Source: Candidatus Multivoradales bacterium (GTDB lineage Bacteria; Acidobacteriota; Thermoanaerobaculia; Multivoradales; J023). Taken from it: a stretch of DNA of 64,000 bases. Below are positions 45,901-55,375 of this stretch, piece after piece. The first letter of the stretch is position 1. The number at the start of each line of letters is the position of its first letter. The position numbers and the translations under genes were made by a program. Where the stretch lies: NCBI GenBank assembly GCA_965248925.1, contig CBDFLE010000006.1:1088001-1152000 (forward strand), written 5' to 3'. Below the pieces are notes generated by a model. The model worked only from the letters and a program-made list of their open reading frames with translations. It did no database searches and was not told the DNA's origin.

Positions 45901-46550
45901 TCGAGCCGCGGATCGAGCCAGGCGGGTGCCCAGTTCCACAGCAAGAAACCGCTCAGGGTCGTCGCCACCAGGGGGAAGAGAAACGCCACCGCGGCCCGCC
46001 GGGTGAGCACCCCGAGATAGAACACCACACCGATGAATACCACCAGCGGCGGCACCCCCAGCACCAGCGCCGGGCGCAGGTAGTTCCACAACACGAACGG
46101 CCCGCGCAGCTTGTCGGCCTCGGCACTTGGCACGAGATGGAAGAAGACCATCATCATCACCAGCTGCGCCAGCAGCACCAGCAAGAAGGCGCTGGTCAGC
46201 GCCAACACCTTGCCCCAAGCGTATTGGCGAACGCTGAGCGGCGTCGAATGCAGCAGCTCGCCGACTTTGTGCTCGTCGTCGCGCAGCACCACCGTACCGG
46301 CGGAGATCGAGGCGAACCAGGAGTAGAGAGTGGCTACCAGCATCGAGATGTAGAAAGCCACGCTCGACTCTGAGGTCAGCCACACCTTGGTACCCCCGAC
46401 CGAGGTCGAACCACTGGAGATCTGCACAGTGCCGGTGCTCAGCCCCCAGGTCATCAAGGCCACCGTCAACAGCAAGAGCCAAGTCATCGGCCGGCTTAGT
46501 TGATAGCCCAGCTCGAGCCGCCAGACCGCCCAGAACGGCGCCCGTTTCAC
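42990..46550 (-). CDS. ABC-2 permease / M1 aminopeptidase fusion
   Basis: Two ABC-2 membrane blocks followed by YAQGFP, HEAAHQWWG, LSEGMA and YDKG. Confidence 0.9.
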   Translation of the reverse strand: MKRAPFWAVWRLELGYQLSRPMTWLLLLTVALMTWGLSTGTVQISSGSTSVGGTKVWLTSESSVAFYISMLVATLYSWFASISAGTVVLRDDEHKVGELLHSTPLSVRQYAWGKVLALTSAFLLVLLAQLVMMMVFFHLVPSAEADKLRGPFVLWNYLRPALVLGVPPLVVFIGVVFYLGVLTRRAAVAFLFPLVATTLSGFLLWNWAPAWLDPRLDRLLMALDPAGVRWLNRSWLDVDRGAEIYNTARLPFESWFLLSRVAMVAIGIGAVVLAQRRLARTLRGQVEAKAKRRRRQAPAPLPALTGARLRMSSQPPGWWRATRTIASVEAGSLLREPGLYLFAFFVLVQTVAGNLLQLGPFSTRLLLTSGQLAVGSFNTLALLVSLLLMFFLVESLDRERSGGAAPLVSSSPLPTPAILLGKVLGNSGVVLLVLLAVMMAHWIALAIQGQTSFTLWPYLLVWGLLLLPTFLAWSALIAALHGLFGSRYLTWAVGFAIIAYTLYRQLTGQMEWAFNWWLWGALQWSDISLFEFDRRALILNRLTVLAAAVLFSLLAVRFYRRRQLDIAGLMVRLRPRPLSRVVVGLLPAILPLLVTAGMLWVGVLHGSQGEVAEQQSKDYWKQNRETWIEALQPSYSAIDLQLDLRPAEGWLKSRGSYRLYNPHNQPIDRFALTGGPHWRQVSWTLDGVEQTPDERSGLYVFELAEPLAPAAELELGLTFEGHFPDGMSKNGGGGNQFVLASGVVLTSFGTAFMPQLGYLEDIGVDEDNRTDPADWKSDLYLESLPPALGNRRPYSTRVTISGPAELTYNSVGVKRRDEVAAGRRTVEWVSDHPVRFFNVVAGRWRERQGEGTVIHYHADHAYNIDAMSETLDAARRYYSQWFYPYPWQELKLSEFADLATYAQGFPTNITFSEGIGFLTLSEDRADAVRMVTAHEAAHQWWGNILTPGEGPGGAMLSEGMAHFSTILLLQQLAGDSSRMGFLKLIEKRYGERRRADDERPLVQIDGRLSGDQTVTYDKGGWVMWMLLHEMGREPLLAGLGEFIARYENGPDYPLLEDLLEVLRPHAADAGAFDRFTAQWFFDVVVPEFRIQEATVEKTAVGWRTRLVVESVGGGQLPITVAVSSGQRFDHDGQPDPSYHDARVRVDLGPGYVRELLIDSDFEPQRVVIDPDVEVLQLRRELAVLEF

Positions 46551-47479
46551 GCTCCACCTCCTACCGCGGCGGCCGCTGCTGGGGCCTCGCCATTGGCCGC
46601 GGCGCTAGCAGCGTCTTGCATCAGCAGAAGATAGGCATCTTCCAACGTCGGCACCGCGGCCTCGAAACCGAGTGGCGGCGAACCGTCCTGGTGATAGATG
46701 CGGACCCGATGACGGCCTTCGACCAACACCGATTGGGTCAGGCGATGCTGGCGTTGCAAGGTCTCCAGATCGTCACGTCCGACGGTGGCTTCCCAGATCT
46801 TGCCGGCCACTCGCTGTCGCGCCTCGGTGGGCGTTGTGGAAACCAGCAGGCGGCCCTCACGGATCACCGCGAAGCGCGGGCAGAGCACCGCCACGTCCTC
46901 AACGATGTGGGTCGACAGCAACACCACTCGCTGCTCGGCCAGCTCGGCCAACAAGCGGTAGAAACGCAGCCGTTCTTCCGGATCTAAGCCAGCGGTAGGC
47001 TCGTCGACAATGATCAGCCGCGGGTCGCCGGCGATCGCTTGCGCCACCCCAAGGCGTTGCCGCATGCCGCCCGAGTAGGAACTCACCTTGCGCCCCGCCG
47101 CGGCGGTCAGATTGACCTGCTCGAGTAGCTCCGCCACCGTCTCATCGAGACTTCTGCCAGCAGCCTCCACTCCTTTGAGCTGCAACAGATGGGCAAGCAT
47201 CTTGGCACCGCTCAAATGAGGATAGAAACCAAACTCCTGCGGCAGATAACCAAGCTTGGGCCACACTCGACGCGGATCGCTGAGGATGTCCTCGCCATCG
47301 AGTTCCACCGCTCCCGAGGTGGGCTCGAGCAGGCCGGCCAGAATGCGCATCAGGGTGGTCTTGCCGGCACCGTTGGGCCCCAGAAGACCGAACATGCCGG
47401 TGGGTACTTCGAGCCGAATGCCCGCCAACGCCGTCACCGGTCCAGGGTACACTTTCACTAAATCGTGAATCTTCAACAT
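46547..47479 (-). CDS. ABC transporter ATP-binding protein
   Basis: GPNGAGKT, YSGGMRQR, DEPTAGLDPEER, LSTHIVED. Confidence 0.93.
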   Translation of the reverse strand: MLKIHDLVKVYPGPVTALAGIRLEVPTGMFGLLGPNGAGKTTLMRILAGLLEPTSGAVELDGEDILSDPRRVWPKLGYLPQEFGFYPHLSGAKMLAHLLQLKGVEAAGRSLDETVAELLEQVNLTAAAGRKVSSYSGGMRQRLGVAQAIAGDPRLIIVDEPTAGLDPEERLRFYRLLAELAEQRVVLLSTHIVEDVAVLCPRFAVIREGRLLVSTTPTEARQRVAGKIWEATVGRDDLETLQRQHRLTQSVLVEGRHRVRIYHQDGSPPLGFEAAVPTLEDAYLLLMQDAASAAANGEAPAAAAAVGGGA

Positions 47480-47579
47480 GGTCATCTCCAAGGACTTATT
47501 TACCAAGCGTAGGGCTCCCCTCGCCGGTCCCCAGGAAGCGAGGCCGGTAGTTCGAAGAGCACGTTTCTTCAACAACTAG

Positions 47580-48458
47580 CTACAAGCCGTGGCGGCGGGA
47601 ACGCGCCGCCCAAGTCACCAACGCCGCGCCGATGGCGAGCCACAGCAACAATCCCCCCAGCCAAGGGGCGAGGGCGAACGGTTGCAGCGATAAAAAATCT
47701 TGATAGATAGGCCCACCCAAGACTCCCAGAAGACCCATCGGGAAGCCCATGATGGCGAATTCCAATACGCTTACGAAGCTCACCCAGCCGGATTTCATAG
47801 CCAGGGTCCACAGGACGAAAGCAGTACCCTGGACGGCGAAGAACCACCCCCAAGGCCGATCGCTGCGCACCACAGCGGCACTGACCAGCAGATAGGGCAC
47901 CAGCGGCGCCAGCAGTAGATTCAGCCAAGCAGTGAACGAGAAAGTGGCGAAGATCAAGTCGCCATGCCCCACCAAGGTCGCCGCCAGCACCGCCACTGCC
48001 GCTTGCGCAGCCACCACCACCACCAGCCAACAGCCCCCAGCGGCGGTGCGCAGCAGGTCGTGCAGCCAGCGCTCCACCGGCATCGACCAATGGTAACCAC
48101 GACCCGCTGGCCGTTCGTCGCGCCAAACGATCCGCGCCGCGAAGAAGCCCCACAGCATGCTAACCACAAAGGCAAACGCCACCGCTGCCGTACCCCGGTC
48201 CAGCGGGAAATCGACCCCTTCGGCAAGCTGGCCGATGTCGGTCCAGAGCATTGTGGTAGCACCCTTGGGAGCCTCGCTGATCTGGATCTGAATGGCAAAA
48301 ACTACACCCCCGGCCGCCAAGCTGGCGAGCTGCAGCAGGATCACCACCAGGGCAATCTGCACTCCCCTTCCCGAGCGCGGCGGAATCAGCCGTAGCTGGG
48401 TGAGGAAAACCCTACCCAGGGAGGGCAAGCCCGCGTCGGGGTTCACCGCGGTACTCAT
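47580..48458 (-). CDS. Putative ABC transporter permease
   Basis: About 6 TM helices, WSMPVER motif, ATGA overlap within the operon. Confidence 0.7.
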   Translation of the reverse strand: MSTAVNPDAGLPSLGRVFLTQLRLIPPRSGRGVQIALVVILLQLASLAAGGVVFAIQIQISEAPKGATTMLWTDIGQLAEGVDFPLDRGTAAVAFAFVVSMLWGFFAARIVWRDERPAGRGYHWSMPVERWLHDLLRTAAGGCWLVVVVAAQAAVAVLAATLVGHGDLIFATFSFTAWLNLLLAPLVPYLLVSAAVVRSDRPWGWFFAVQGTAFVLWTLAMKSGWVSFVSVLEFAIMGFPMGLLGVLGGPIYQDFLSLQPFALAPWLGGLLLWLAIGAALVTWAARSRRHGL

Positions 48459-49378
48459 GACGGCTCCATCGACAAGAAGTCGCGGGTGGCTTCTTCGAGG
48501 GTAGGCGAGACTTGATGGCGGACGGTTGCCCCCGCCACCGTGAGTTCCGCGGCCAGGGCCCGCGGATCGCCCCAGAGGGTCCAGCAAATCTCCCGACCGC
48601 GGTCCTGCCGGCGGAGCACCCGGTCCTGGATCGACGGGGCGCCGGGCCAGTCGGCGGGAACTTCAGCGCGCAGTCGCCACAAGCGCTGTTCGAGCAAGTC
48701 GCGGCGCACCTGAGCTCGCAAGCGACCTTTGTCGAGCACCCCCAAACAGTCCCCCAGACCTTCCAACTCGTGCACCAAGTGAGTCGAAATCAGCGCCGTC
48801 GTCGGGCTCTCCGCGAGGTGCTCGGCCAACAGACCAAGAACCCGGTCGCGGGCCAAGGGATCGAGCCCGTCCGTCGGCTCGTCGAGCAGCAACAGGGCCG
48901 GCCGATGAGCCAACGCCAGGATCAGTTGCAGCCGCCGCTTCTGCCCCTTCGACAACTTGCCGAAACGCCCTTCGAGAGGCACTTCCAAAGCGCTTACCAG
49001 GCGCTCGGCATAGGCCTGGTCCCAGCGCGGAAAATAGCTGGCGTGGTGCCGCAGAAGCCTGCCCACCCGCAAGCGCGGGTAGCCGAAGTCGGGGCTGTCG
49101 GCAACGAAGCCGATCCGTGATCGAGCTTCGGCGCCGCGCTCAGGCAGCATAAATCCCAGTACTTCCGCCTCGCCCCCATCCATCCGCAATAGCCCTACCA
49201 GGGCCCTCAACGTGGTCGTCTTACCAGCCCCGTTGGGTCCAACCAAAACATAGACCGCGCCCTCCGGCACGCTGAGATCCAGGCTTTCCAGGGCTAACTG
49301 GCGGCCAAAGTTCTTGGCCAAACCAGTGGTGCAAACCGCCAGCGGACCGTCGAGTTCTCCTAGCAATTCCTCAATCAC
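48455..49378 (-). CDS. ABC transporter ATP-binding protein (YtrB-like)
   Basis: GPNGAGKT, LSKGQKRR, LLDEPTDGLDP, STH. Confidence 0.92.
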   Translation of the reverse strand: MIEELLGELDGPLAVCTTGLAKNFGRQLALESLDLSVPEGAVYVLVGPNGAGKTTTLRALVGLLRMDGGEAEVLGFMLPERGAEARSRIGFVADSPDFGYPRLRVGRLLRHHASYFPRWDQAYAERLVSALEVPLEGRFGKLSKGQKRRLQLILALAHRPALLLLDEPTDGLDPLARDRVLGLLAEHLAESPTTALISTHLVHELEGLGDCLGVLDKGRLRAQVRRDLLEQRLWRLRAEVPADWPGAPSIQDRVLRRQDRGREICWTLWGDPRALAAELTVAGATVRHQVSPTLEEATRDFLSMEPS

Positions 49379-49764
49379 GATGTCTCCTCCAGCGGCTCCG
49401 CGGCGGCCACCTGCTGCAACGCAGTCACCAAATCATCGACCCCCAAGCCATGGCGGTAGGCCTCGCGCAAGCTACGTTCAGCCAAGGACTTGGCCAACCT
49501 GCGCCGCTCCTCCGCCAGCGAACTCAAACCGGCGACGAAGGTGCCCATGCCACGCCGCACATAGGCCACTCCCTCGCGCTCGAGTTCACGGTAGGCCTGC
49601 TGTACGGTATTCGGATTGACCCGCAGATCAGCCGCCAGCCGGCGCACCGACGGCAGTGGATCGTCAGCCCGCAGGCTACCCACGACCAATGCACGGCGAA
49701 TCTCGTCCATGATCTGCTGGTAGATCGGGCGTGGGTCAGAGGGCTCGATAGTGATGATCGCCAT
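49375..49764 (-). CDS. GntR-family regulator, YtrA subfamily
   Basis: PIYQQI, LPSVRRLA, VNPNTVQQAYRELE, RGMGTFV and a short C-terminal domain. Confidence 0.93.
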   Translation of the reverse strand: MAIITIEPSDPRPIYQQIMDEIRRALVVGSLRADDPLPSVRRLAADLRVNPNTVQQAYRELEREGVAYVRRGMGTFVAGLSSLAEERRRLAKSLAERSLREAYRHGLGVDDLVTALQQVAAAEPLEETS

Positions 49765-49825
49765 ACCGCTTCGTCGCTCTCACTTGGGACCAAGGCAGAA
49801 GGCAGTGCCTCCTCAGGTGCCTCGG

Positions 49826-49871
49826 TGTATCGGTTGACTAATACGGTAATGCTGCCAGAAGGTTTCGTCAA
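49826..49871 (-). promoter_or_regulatory. Sigma-70 promoter overlapping a YtrA-type operator
   Basis: Minus strand TTGACG-N17-TACCGT overlaps the imperfect palindrome TGTATCGGTTGACTAATACG (49826-49845). Confidence 0.6.
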
Positions 49872-49955
49872 CAGCCGCCCTAGGGGAAATTCAACGCCGA
49901 GAAGGCCGGACCGGCCCTCCAGCCCCCCAAGGTCCAGACCAGGTAGGCTCAGCCG

Positions 49956-50720
49956 ATGACCGCAATGACTCTGATCGAACGTTTCCGCGGCGCCCGAGCA
50001 GATCCCACTCTGGCCGTGCTCGAGGGCTTTCATGCGCTCAAGCACGCGCTACGCTTCGGTGCCGAGTTGATCGATGCGAGGAGCCGCGACAAGGCGGCTG
50101 TCGAGCGGCTGTGCGAGCAGCTGGCGCCAGATCTCACCGCTACTCTGACGGACATCGTCGACCAAGTGCCAGCCGATTGTTTCGCCCAGTTAGCACCCCG
50201 CGCGCCGCGCACCGGCGTTCTAGCCCTGGCGCGGCGACCGTCGGTAGATGCAACCGCGGTGTTGAGAGATCCTGGAGACGCGCCGCTGGTGTTACTCGAA
50301 AATCCCACCCAACACGGCAACATCGGTGCGGTGATCAGGGTGGCGGCGGCGGTCAGCGCCGCCGGGGTGCTCACCCTGGGCGGTGTCGACCCGTGGCATC
50401 CGGCGGCCTTGCGCGGCGCGGCGGGCTTGCACTTCGCCCTCTCCGTCGCCCGCCTCACCGAGCTGCCTGAGCACGATCGGCCGTTACTGGCGCTTGCACT
50501 GGGTGGTCAGCCGCTGGCAGGTCCGCTGCCGGCCCGCGCCCTGCTGGCCTTCGGTAACGAGCGCGAAGGACTCAGCGAAAGCCTGTTGGCCGCCGCCGGT
50601 CAACGACTGACCTTACCCATGCGATCCGGCATTTCCAGCCTCAACTTAGCAACCAGCGTCGCCGCGGTGCTCTACCTTGGAGGCCACAAGTCAGCGGCCG
50701 CGACAGCAACACCGCTTTGA
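49956..50720 (+). CDS. TrmH/SpoU-family RNA methyltransferase
   Basis: LENPTQHGNIGAVIR, FGNEREGLS, LPM...SLNLATS. Confidence 0.9.
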   Translation: MTAMTLIERFRGARADPTLAVLEGFHALKHALRFGAELIDARSRDKAAVERLCEQLAPDLTATLTDIVDQVPADCFAQLAPRAPRTGVLALARRPSVDATAVLRDPGDAPLVLLENPTQHGNIGAVIRVAAAVSAAGVLTLGGVDPWHPAALRGAAGLHFALSVARLTELPEHDRPLLALALGGQPLAGPLPARALLAFGNEREGLSESLLAAAGQRLTLPMRSGISSLNLATSVAAVLYLGGHKSAAATATPL

Positions 50721-50724
50721 GAGG

Positions 50725-51495
50725 TCAGTCTTCTTCGAGAGTCGGCGAACGCTCCTCCACGAGCAACCGCTGAGCGACCACTGCATGCTCGTACTCTCTC
50801 TGGAACGAATCCGGATCGGACGCCCAGCCAAGCCAAGGAAAGACCCCACCGACGGACAACTCTGGCAGTCGTCCAACCAAGTCTTGCCAGCGCCGCCCCT
50901 GGCCCAGGCTGTCGCCGCAGGTGCTGAAGTTCTCGATCGCCTGAAAGGCCTCCAAAGCTGAACTGAGACGCAACTCGACCAAGACGAGTTCCTCGCCTTC
51001 GCCCTGCGCCTCGATCACCACTCCGACAATCGCCCCTTCACACCAAGAGCGCATGGCCAGGGCGCCGACACCATCATCGCCGGGCACTATGACCGAGCCG
51101 GAGCGAAGGATCTGGTCGACTGGTTTACGCACCATGACCTGACCCTGGAGCGCGACCTTTACCGTGTCACCAGCCTGGCCATCGCTCAGGGTTACGCCAA
51201 TGGCGGGAAAGTGCTCCGCGGGAACGGCGAAGATCAGTTCACCCTCAGGGTCAAAGAAGAACAGCGAGTGGGTCGGTGTGGCAATACCATCCATCAGCCA
51301 GACAACGGTGCCGCCGAGGATCTCCTCCTTGATCTCCAGCTTCCGCTCCACCAGTACCTTGACTCTAGTACTGTCCAACGTAGTTGCCTTTTTGGTTGTA
51401 CTATCACTGTTGCTTCCGCTGTCGCCCTCAGCGCCAGCCAAGCCAGTGATCGAAATCGCGAAAGCCAAGAACAACATCAAGATTCGATTCAACAC
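50725..51495 (-). CDS. Secreted hypothetical protein with a DUF2190 / capsid-cement-like beta domain
   Basis: GGGAGG RBS, signal peptide, Ser/Thr linker, then AIGVTLSDGQAGDTVKVALQG...IVGVVIEAQ...LVLVEL. Confidence 0.5.
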   Translation of the reverse strand: MLNRILMLFLAFAISITGLAGAEGDSGSNSDSTTKKATTLDSTRVKVLVERKLEIKEEILGGTVVWLMDGIATPTHSLFFFDPEGELIFAVPAEHFPAIGVTLSDGQAGDTVKVALQGQVMVRKPVDQILRSGSVIVPGDDGVGALAMRSWCEGAIVGVVIEAQGEGEELVLVELRLSSALEAFQAIENFSTCGDSLGQGRRWQDLVGRLPELSVGGVFPWLGWASDPDSFQREYEHAVVAQRLLVEERSPTLEED

Positions 51496-51701
51496 GACAT
51501 TTTCCCTCCCAGGCCAACCACCCGAAAAAAATGTTCCCGAAATCTCCAGCCATGTAAAACAGCCATACAGATCGCGAAATACAGTTGTTTCAATGAGTCG
51601 GCCGGGGCTCAAACCAATTCTTTGAATCAGATCCCAAGCCGCTTCTAGAGCACTAGCCTAACCCCAGAAGCTGCAAGAACAAACAGGTACTTTCCCTCGA
51701 T

Positions 51702-52037
51702 CTAAGTCGCAAGGCACTGGACGCCTGCTGCGAGGGAAGTAAAGTCCGTCCCCTCAGGGAGTCTTGTAGATTCAGGACGTTTCGCTTCCTTGCTCCAGCG
51801 ACACCCGCGTGCCAACGCTGAGAAAGCAACCGTTGGCGCAAGGTAGGTCGTCGTAGAGTTCGTCCACTTCGTTGTCAAAACTGTTGCTGCGCACCGAATA
51901 CAAACCTGTTCGATAGTCCTGCCCCTGACTGGCGGATCAACCTCGGTAGCCGCTGACCCGCTGGCGGCGTGACTTTCCGCACCAGAACTCCAGGCACTCA
52001 GCGCTGCCAGAATGAGGAAGGGAACGAGTCGCCGCAT
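51702..52037 (-). CDS. Small secreted hypothetical protein, possibly degenerate
   Basis: GGAG RBS and signal peptide MRRLVPFLILAALSAWSSGA. Confidence 0.45.
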   Translation of the reverse strand: MRRLVPFLILAALSAWSSGAESHAASGSAATEVDPPVRGRTIEQVCIRCAATVLTTKWTNSTTTYLAPTVAFSALARGCRWSKEAKRPESTRLPEGTDFTSLAAGVQCLAT

Positions 52038-52191
52038 GAAGAATCTCCGCCATTCATCTGGGACAGACACTCCTTCGTCGCCATCCTAGAAGACCTCCGT
52101 CATACCCTCGAGGCGTAGTCGAGGGCAGATTTGTTACAGTGAAGGTTCAGAAACAATTGCCTAGTGCCCACTACCGTAGTACATTGGTAAC

Positions 52192-52455
52192 ATGCCAAAA
52201 AGTTCACCCCGCAAGACTGTAGAGCGCGTGCAGACCGGTGTGCGCATCGAAAAACGAATGCTGAAAGTGCTGAAGGGCTTGGCCGAGTACCTCGACATCA
52301 GTCTTGGCGATCTGCTGGAAGGCATCGTGCTGCACGCCTTCGAGGGCCAGGCGCCATTCGGCGATCCGACCCTCGAGGTGATCGCCAACCTGAAGAAAGT
52401 CTATGGCCTCGATCTCGACGCCAGTGACAGCCACCGGTTGGTCGAAAAAGGCTGA
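52192..52455 (+). CDS. Small conserved hypothetical protein, ribbon-helix-helix-like
   Basis: ERVQTGVRIEKRMLKVLKGLAEYLDISLGDLLEGIVLHAFEG with a beta-alpha-alpha pattern and strong host codon usage. Confidence 0.75.
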   Translation: MPKSSPRKTVERVQTGVRIEKRMLKVLKGLAEYLDISLGDLLEGIVLHAFEGQAPFGDPTLEVIANLKKVYGLDLDASDSHRLVEKG

Positions 52456-52471
52456 GGTCCGTCGGCCGTAT

Positions 52472-53037
52472 CTAGCTCCAGCCCAGCCAACCGAGGGCCG
52501 GCAGCAGCAGTGAGGACCAAGAGCCGGTGTAGACCAACATCAGCATGAAGGCGGTCAAATGGGCCAGACGGAGACCGTGCTGGTCTCGTCGCAGGGTGGC
52601 TATAGCCATGATGATCAGCAACCAAGCGAAGCCAATCACCGTCGCCACCGAGTAGGTAGTGACAGCGAACAGCAGCAACCTTCCACGGGCTCTGACCGTA
52701 AACCTGGGCGCGGTAGATCTGTAGCGAGGCGATGGCGACCAACAACAACGGGGCAGCAAAGCCGAGGAGCTGAGTCGAGAGTCGGCGCACCGATTACCTC
52801 CTGGTAAGAGACCCGGCTCGGAGATTCCGAGCCAGGCTAGGAAACGGCGGCCGAGAAGGTCGGCGGGCTGCAAGAGCTACAGCTCGGCGGCTTCAACTCG
52901 CCACTCCTAGACTTCACGCTGGTGCTCCGCAGTTCCGGGCGGTGCCGCTTCAATGCCGCTGGAAAAGGCCACAAAGGCAAAGATGACCACCGCGACAGCC
53001 TTCAGGGCGGGGACTTGGGATCTCTTGATTGAGCATC
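52472..53037 (-). pseudogene. Degenerate mosaic of membrane or secreted gene fragments
   Basis: A signal-peptide ORF from about 53037 is broken by two in-frame TAGs. A second ORF (MRRLST...QSPWK) jumps frame into an unrelated TM tail. Confidence 0.4.
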
Positions 53038-53181
53038 TCCTCGATGGACCTGTGAAGTAGTTCCGGCCTCGGCCGCCGGTCCAGCAGGCGAAACAACTGA
53101 GTCGGGGTGAGCTAGCAGAGAATTGGCTGGGGGGCGGAGCATGGGCTTGACGGTACTTTGTTACCCAGGTACCATTTATTC

Positions 53182-53598
53182 ATGAACGCCGACACTTTGC
53201 TTGCTCGCTTTGAAGACTGCTCTCTCGACCCGGCGCAGATGGATCACCAGCTGCACTTGCGTCTAACTTGGATCCTGCTCCGCCGCTACTCGTTGATCGA
53301 AGCCCTGGACCGCAGTACGTCTGGCCTACGGCGCTTCACCCGCACCCATGGTGCCAAGGGCAAATACCACGAGACCATTACTTGGGCCTGGGTGCTGGCG
53401 GTGCATGAGCGCCTTTCGGTGGATGGCGACGATGCCTCCTGGGAGGTTTTCATCCACCGCCATCCGGAGTTGCTGCGGCGGCAACCCGGTTTGCTGGCCG
53501 ACTACTACCGCCCCGAGACCCTCGACTCCGAATTTGCCCGACAGAGCTATGTCTTGCCGGATCGGCATCTAACGCGGGAAGACGGGGGCCGGGTATGA
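53182..53598 (+). CDS. Conserved hypothetical protein
   Basis: MDHQLHLRLTW...KYHETITWAW...YY....L.S..AR....LPD pattern. Confidence 0.75.
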   Translation: MNADTLLARFEDCSLDPAQMDHQLHLRLTWILLRRYSLIEALDRSTSGLRRFTRTHGAKGKYHETITWAWVLAVHERLSVDGDDASWEVFIHRHPELLRRQPGLLADYYRPETLDSEFARQSYVLPDRHLTREDGGRV

Positions 53599-53608
53599 TC
53601 GCCGCAGC

Positions 53609-55375
53609 ATGTTTGTACTTCACCGCTCCCCACCCGTCTTCCCGCTAGCAATCCTGCTCGGCACTGCAGTGCTCGGCGCTTCGGTGCTCGCCGCCGCCGG
53701 GCTCAATTCCACAGCGATCAAGACCAAGCTGCTGGTCGAGGTCTCAGCCGAAGTCGGCCTCGACTTCGTGCATTTCAACGGCATGACCGGGCAGCTCTAT
53801 TTTCCTGAGATGGCCGGCGCTGGCGCCGCCTGGCTAGACTACGACGGCGATGGCGACCTCGACCTCTACTTGATCGACGGCAGGGTTCTGCAACCGGGCA
53901 AGAAGCCAGCCGAGGCGGTGTTTCCCTATGGCGGCAAGGGCGTCCCCAGAGATCGTCTCTACCGCAATGACTTGCAAGTGCTGCCGAGCGGCGAGCATCG
54001 GGTCCAGCTGGTCGAGGTCACCGATCAGAGCGGCTTGCGAGCCACCGGCTATGGCATGGGTATCGCCACCGGCGATTTCGACAACGATGGTCACGTCGAC
54101 ATCTATCTGGCTAATTTTGGCCCCAACCAGCTGTGGCACAACCGGGGCGACGGCACGTTTGAAGATTGGACCGCCAAGAGCAGCACCGACGATCCCCATT
54201 GGTCGGCCACCGCCAGCTGGATCGACTTCGACCGCGATGGCTGGCTCGACCTGCTGGTGGTCAACTACGTCACCTTCACCGTCGACAACAACCTGGAATG
54301 CTACGCCGACTCTTCGCGCCGCGACTACTGCGGCCCGGCGGCCTACCCGCCGGTGGCCGATCGACTGCTGCGCAATCGCGGCGACGGCACGTTCGAGGAT
54401 GTTTCACTGATCTCGCATATCGGCCGTACCGCTGGCGCCGGCCTGGGAGTGGTGGCAGCCGACCTCAATGGCGACCGCTGGATCGACCTTTACGTCGCCA
54501 ACGACGGCCAGCCCAACCAGCTGTGGATCAACCGCCAAAACGGCACTTTCGAAGACGATGCGCTGTTTGCCGGGGTGGCGGTCAACCGCAAAGGGCAACC
54601 GGAGGCTTCGATGGGGGTTGACGCCGCTGATCTCGACAACGACGGCGATCTCGACCTGTTCATGACCCACCTGATGGGCGAGACCAACACCCTCTACATC
54701 AATGACGGCGGCGCCCTGTTCGAAGACCGCACCACCGAGAGCGGCCTGGCCGCCTCCGGCTTACCCCTGACCTCGTTCGGCACCGCTTTCTTCGACCTCG
54801 ACAACGACGGCCATCTCGACCTGTGGATCGCTAGCGGCGCAGTGCGTCTGCTGGAGCCGCTGGCTCGGGCGGGTGACGTCTACCCCCTCGATCAATCCAA
54901 CCAACTGCTGCACAACCGGGGTGATGGCCGGTTCGAAAATTGGAGCGCCCGCGCTGGTGCCGCTCTCGAACCAGTCGAGGTCAGTCGCGGCACCGCCTTC
55001 GGTGACTTCGACAACGACGGCGACACCGATCTGCTGGTGAGCAACAACAGCGGCCCGGCCCGCCTGCTGCGCAACGACGCCGCCAACGGCCAGCCCTGGC
55101 TCGGCTTGCGGCTGCTGGACAGGAACGGCCGCGACGCCTTGGGCGCTCGGGTCGAAGTGCGGCGCGTTGGCGCCGGCAGTCTGTGGCGCCGAGTGGCCAC
55201 CGACGGCAGCTACGCCTCGGCCAACGACCCACGCATTCTCGCCGGCCTCGGCGGTGGCGATAAGCTCAGCGGCCTGCGTGTCAATTGGCCCGATGGCCAA
55301 CAAGAAGATTTTCCCGCCCCGCCGATGGGGCGATACACCACCCTGCACCAGGGGGGAGGCAAGAAAGTTGAGTAG
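53609..55375 (+). CDS. CRTAC1-family protein (FG-GAP/VCBS repeats plus ASPIC/UnbV)
   Basis: Repeated DxDxDGxxDL motifs, SRGTAFGDFDNDGD, GSYASAND..GLG and V.WPDG. Confidence 0.92.
   Translation: MFVLHRSPPVFPLAILLGTAVLGASVLAAAGLNSTAIKTKLLVEVSAEVGLDFVHFNGMTGQLYFPEMAGAGAAWLDYDGDGDLDLYLIDGRVLQPGKKPAEAVFPYGGKGVPRDRLYRNDLQVLPSGEHRVQLVEVTDQSGLRATGYGMGIATGDFDNDGHVDIYLANFGPNQLWHNRGDGTFEDWTAKSSTDDPHWSATASWIDFDRDGWLDLLVVNYVTFTVDNNLECYADSSRRDYCGPAAYPPVADRLLRNRGDGTFEDVSLISHIGRTAGAGLGVVAADLNGDRWIDLYVANDGQPNQLWINRQNGTFEDDALFAGVAVNRKGQPEASMGVDAADLDNDGDLDLFMTHLMGETNTLYINDGGALFEDRTTESGLAASGLPLTSFGTAFFDLDNDGHLDLWIASGAVRLLEPLARAGDVYPLDQSNQLLHNRGDGRFENWSARAGAALEPVEVSRGTAFGDFDNDGDTDLLVSNNSGPARLLRNDAANGQPWLGLRLLDRNGRDALGARVEVRRVGAGSLWRRVATDGSYASANDPRILAGLGGGDKLSGLRVNWPDGQQEDFPAPPMGRYTTLHQGGGKKVE

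Noticed and set aside
52800-53037. Pyrrolysine or amber read-through at two in-frame TAGs
   Set aside because: No recognisable protein family, the surrounding DNA is fragmented, and many intact genes here stop at TAG. Decay is the simpler explanation.
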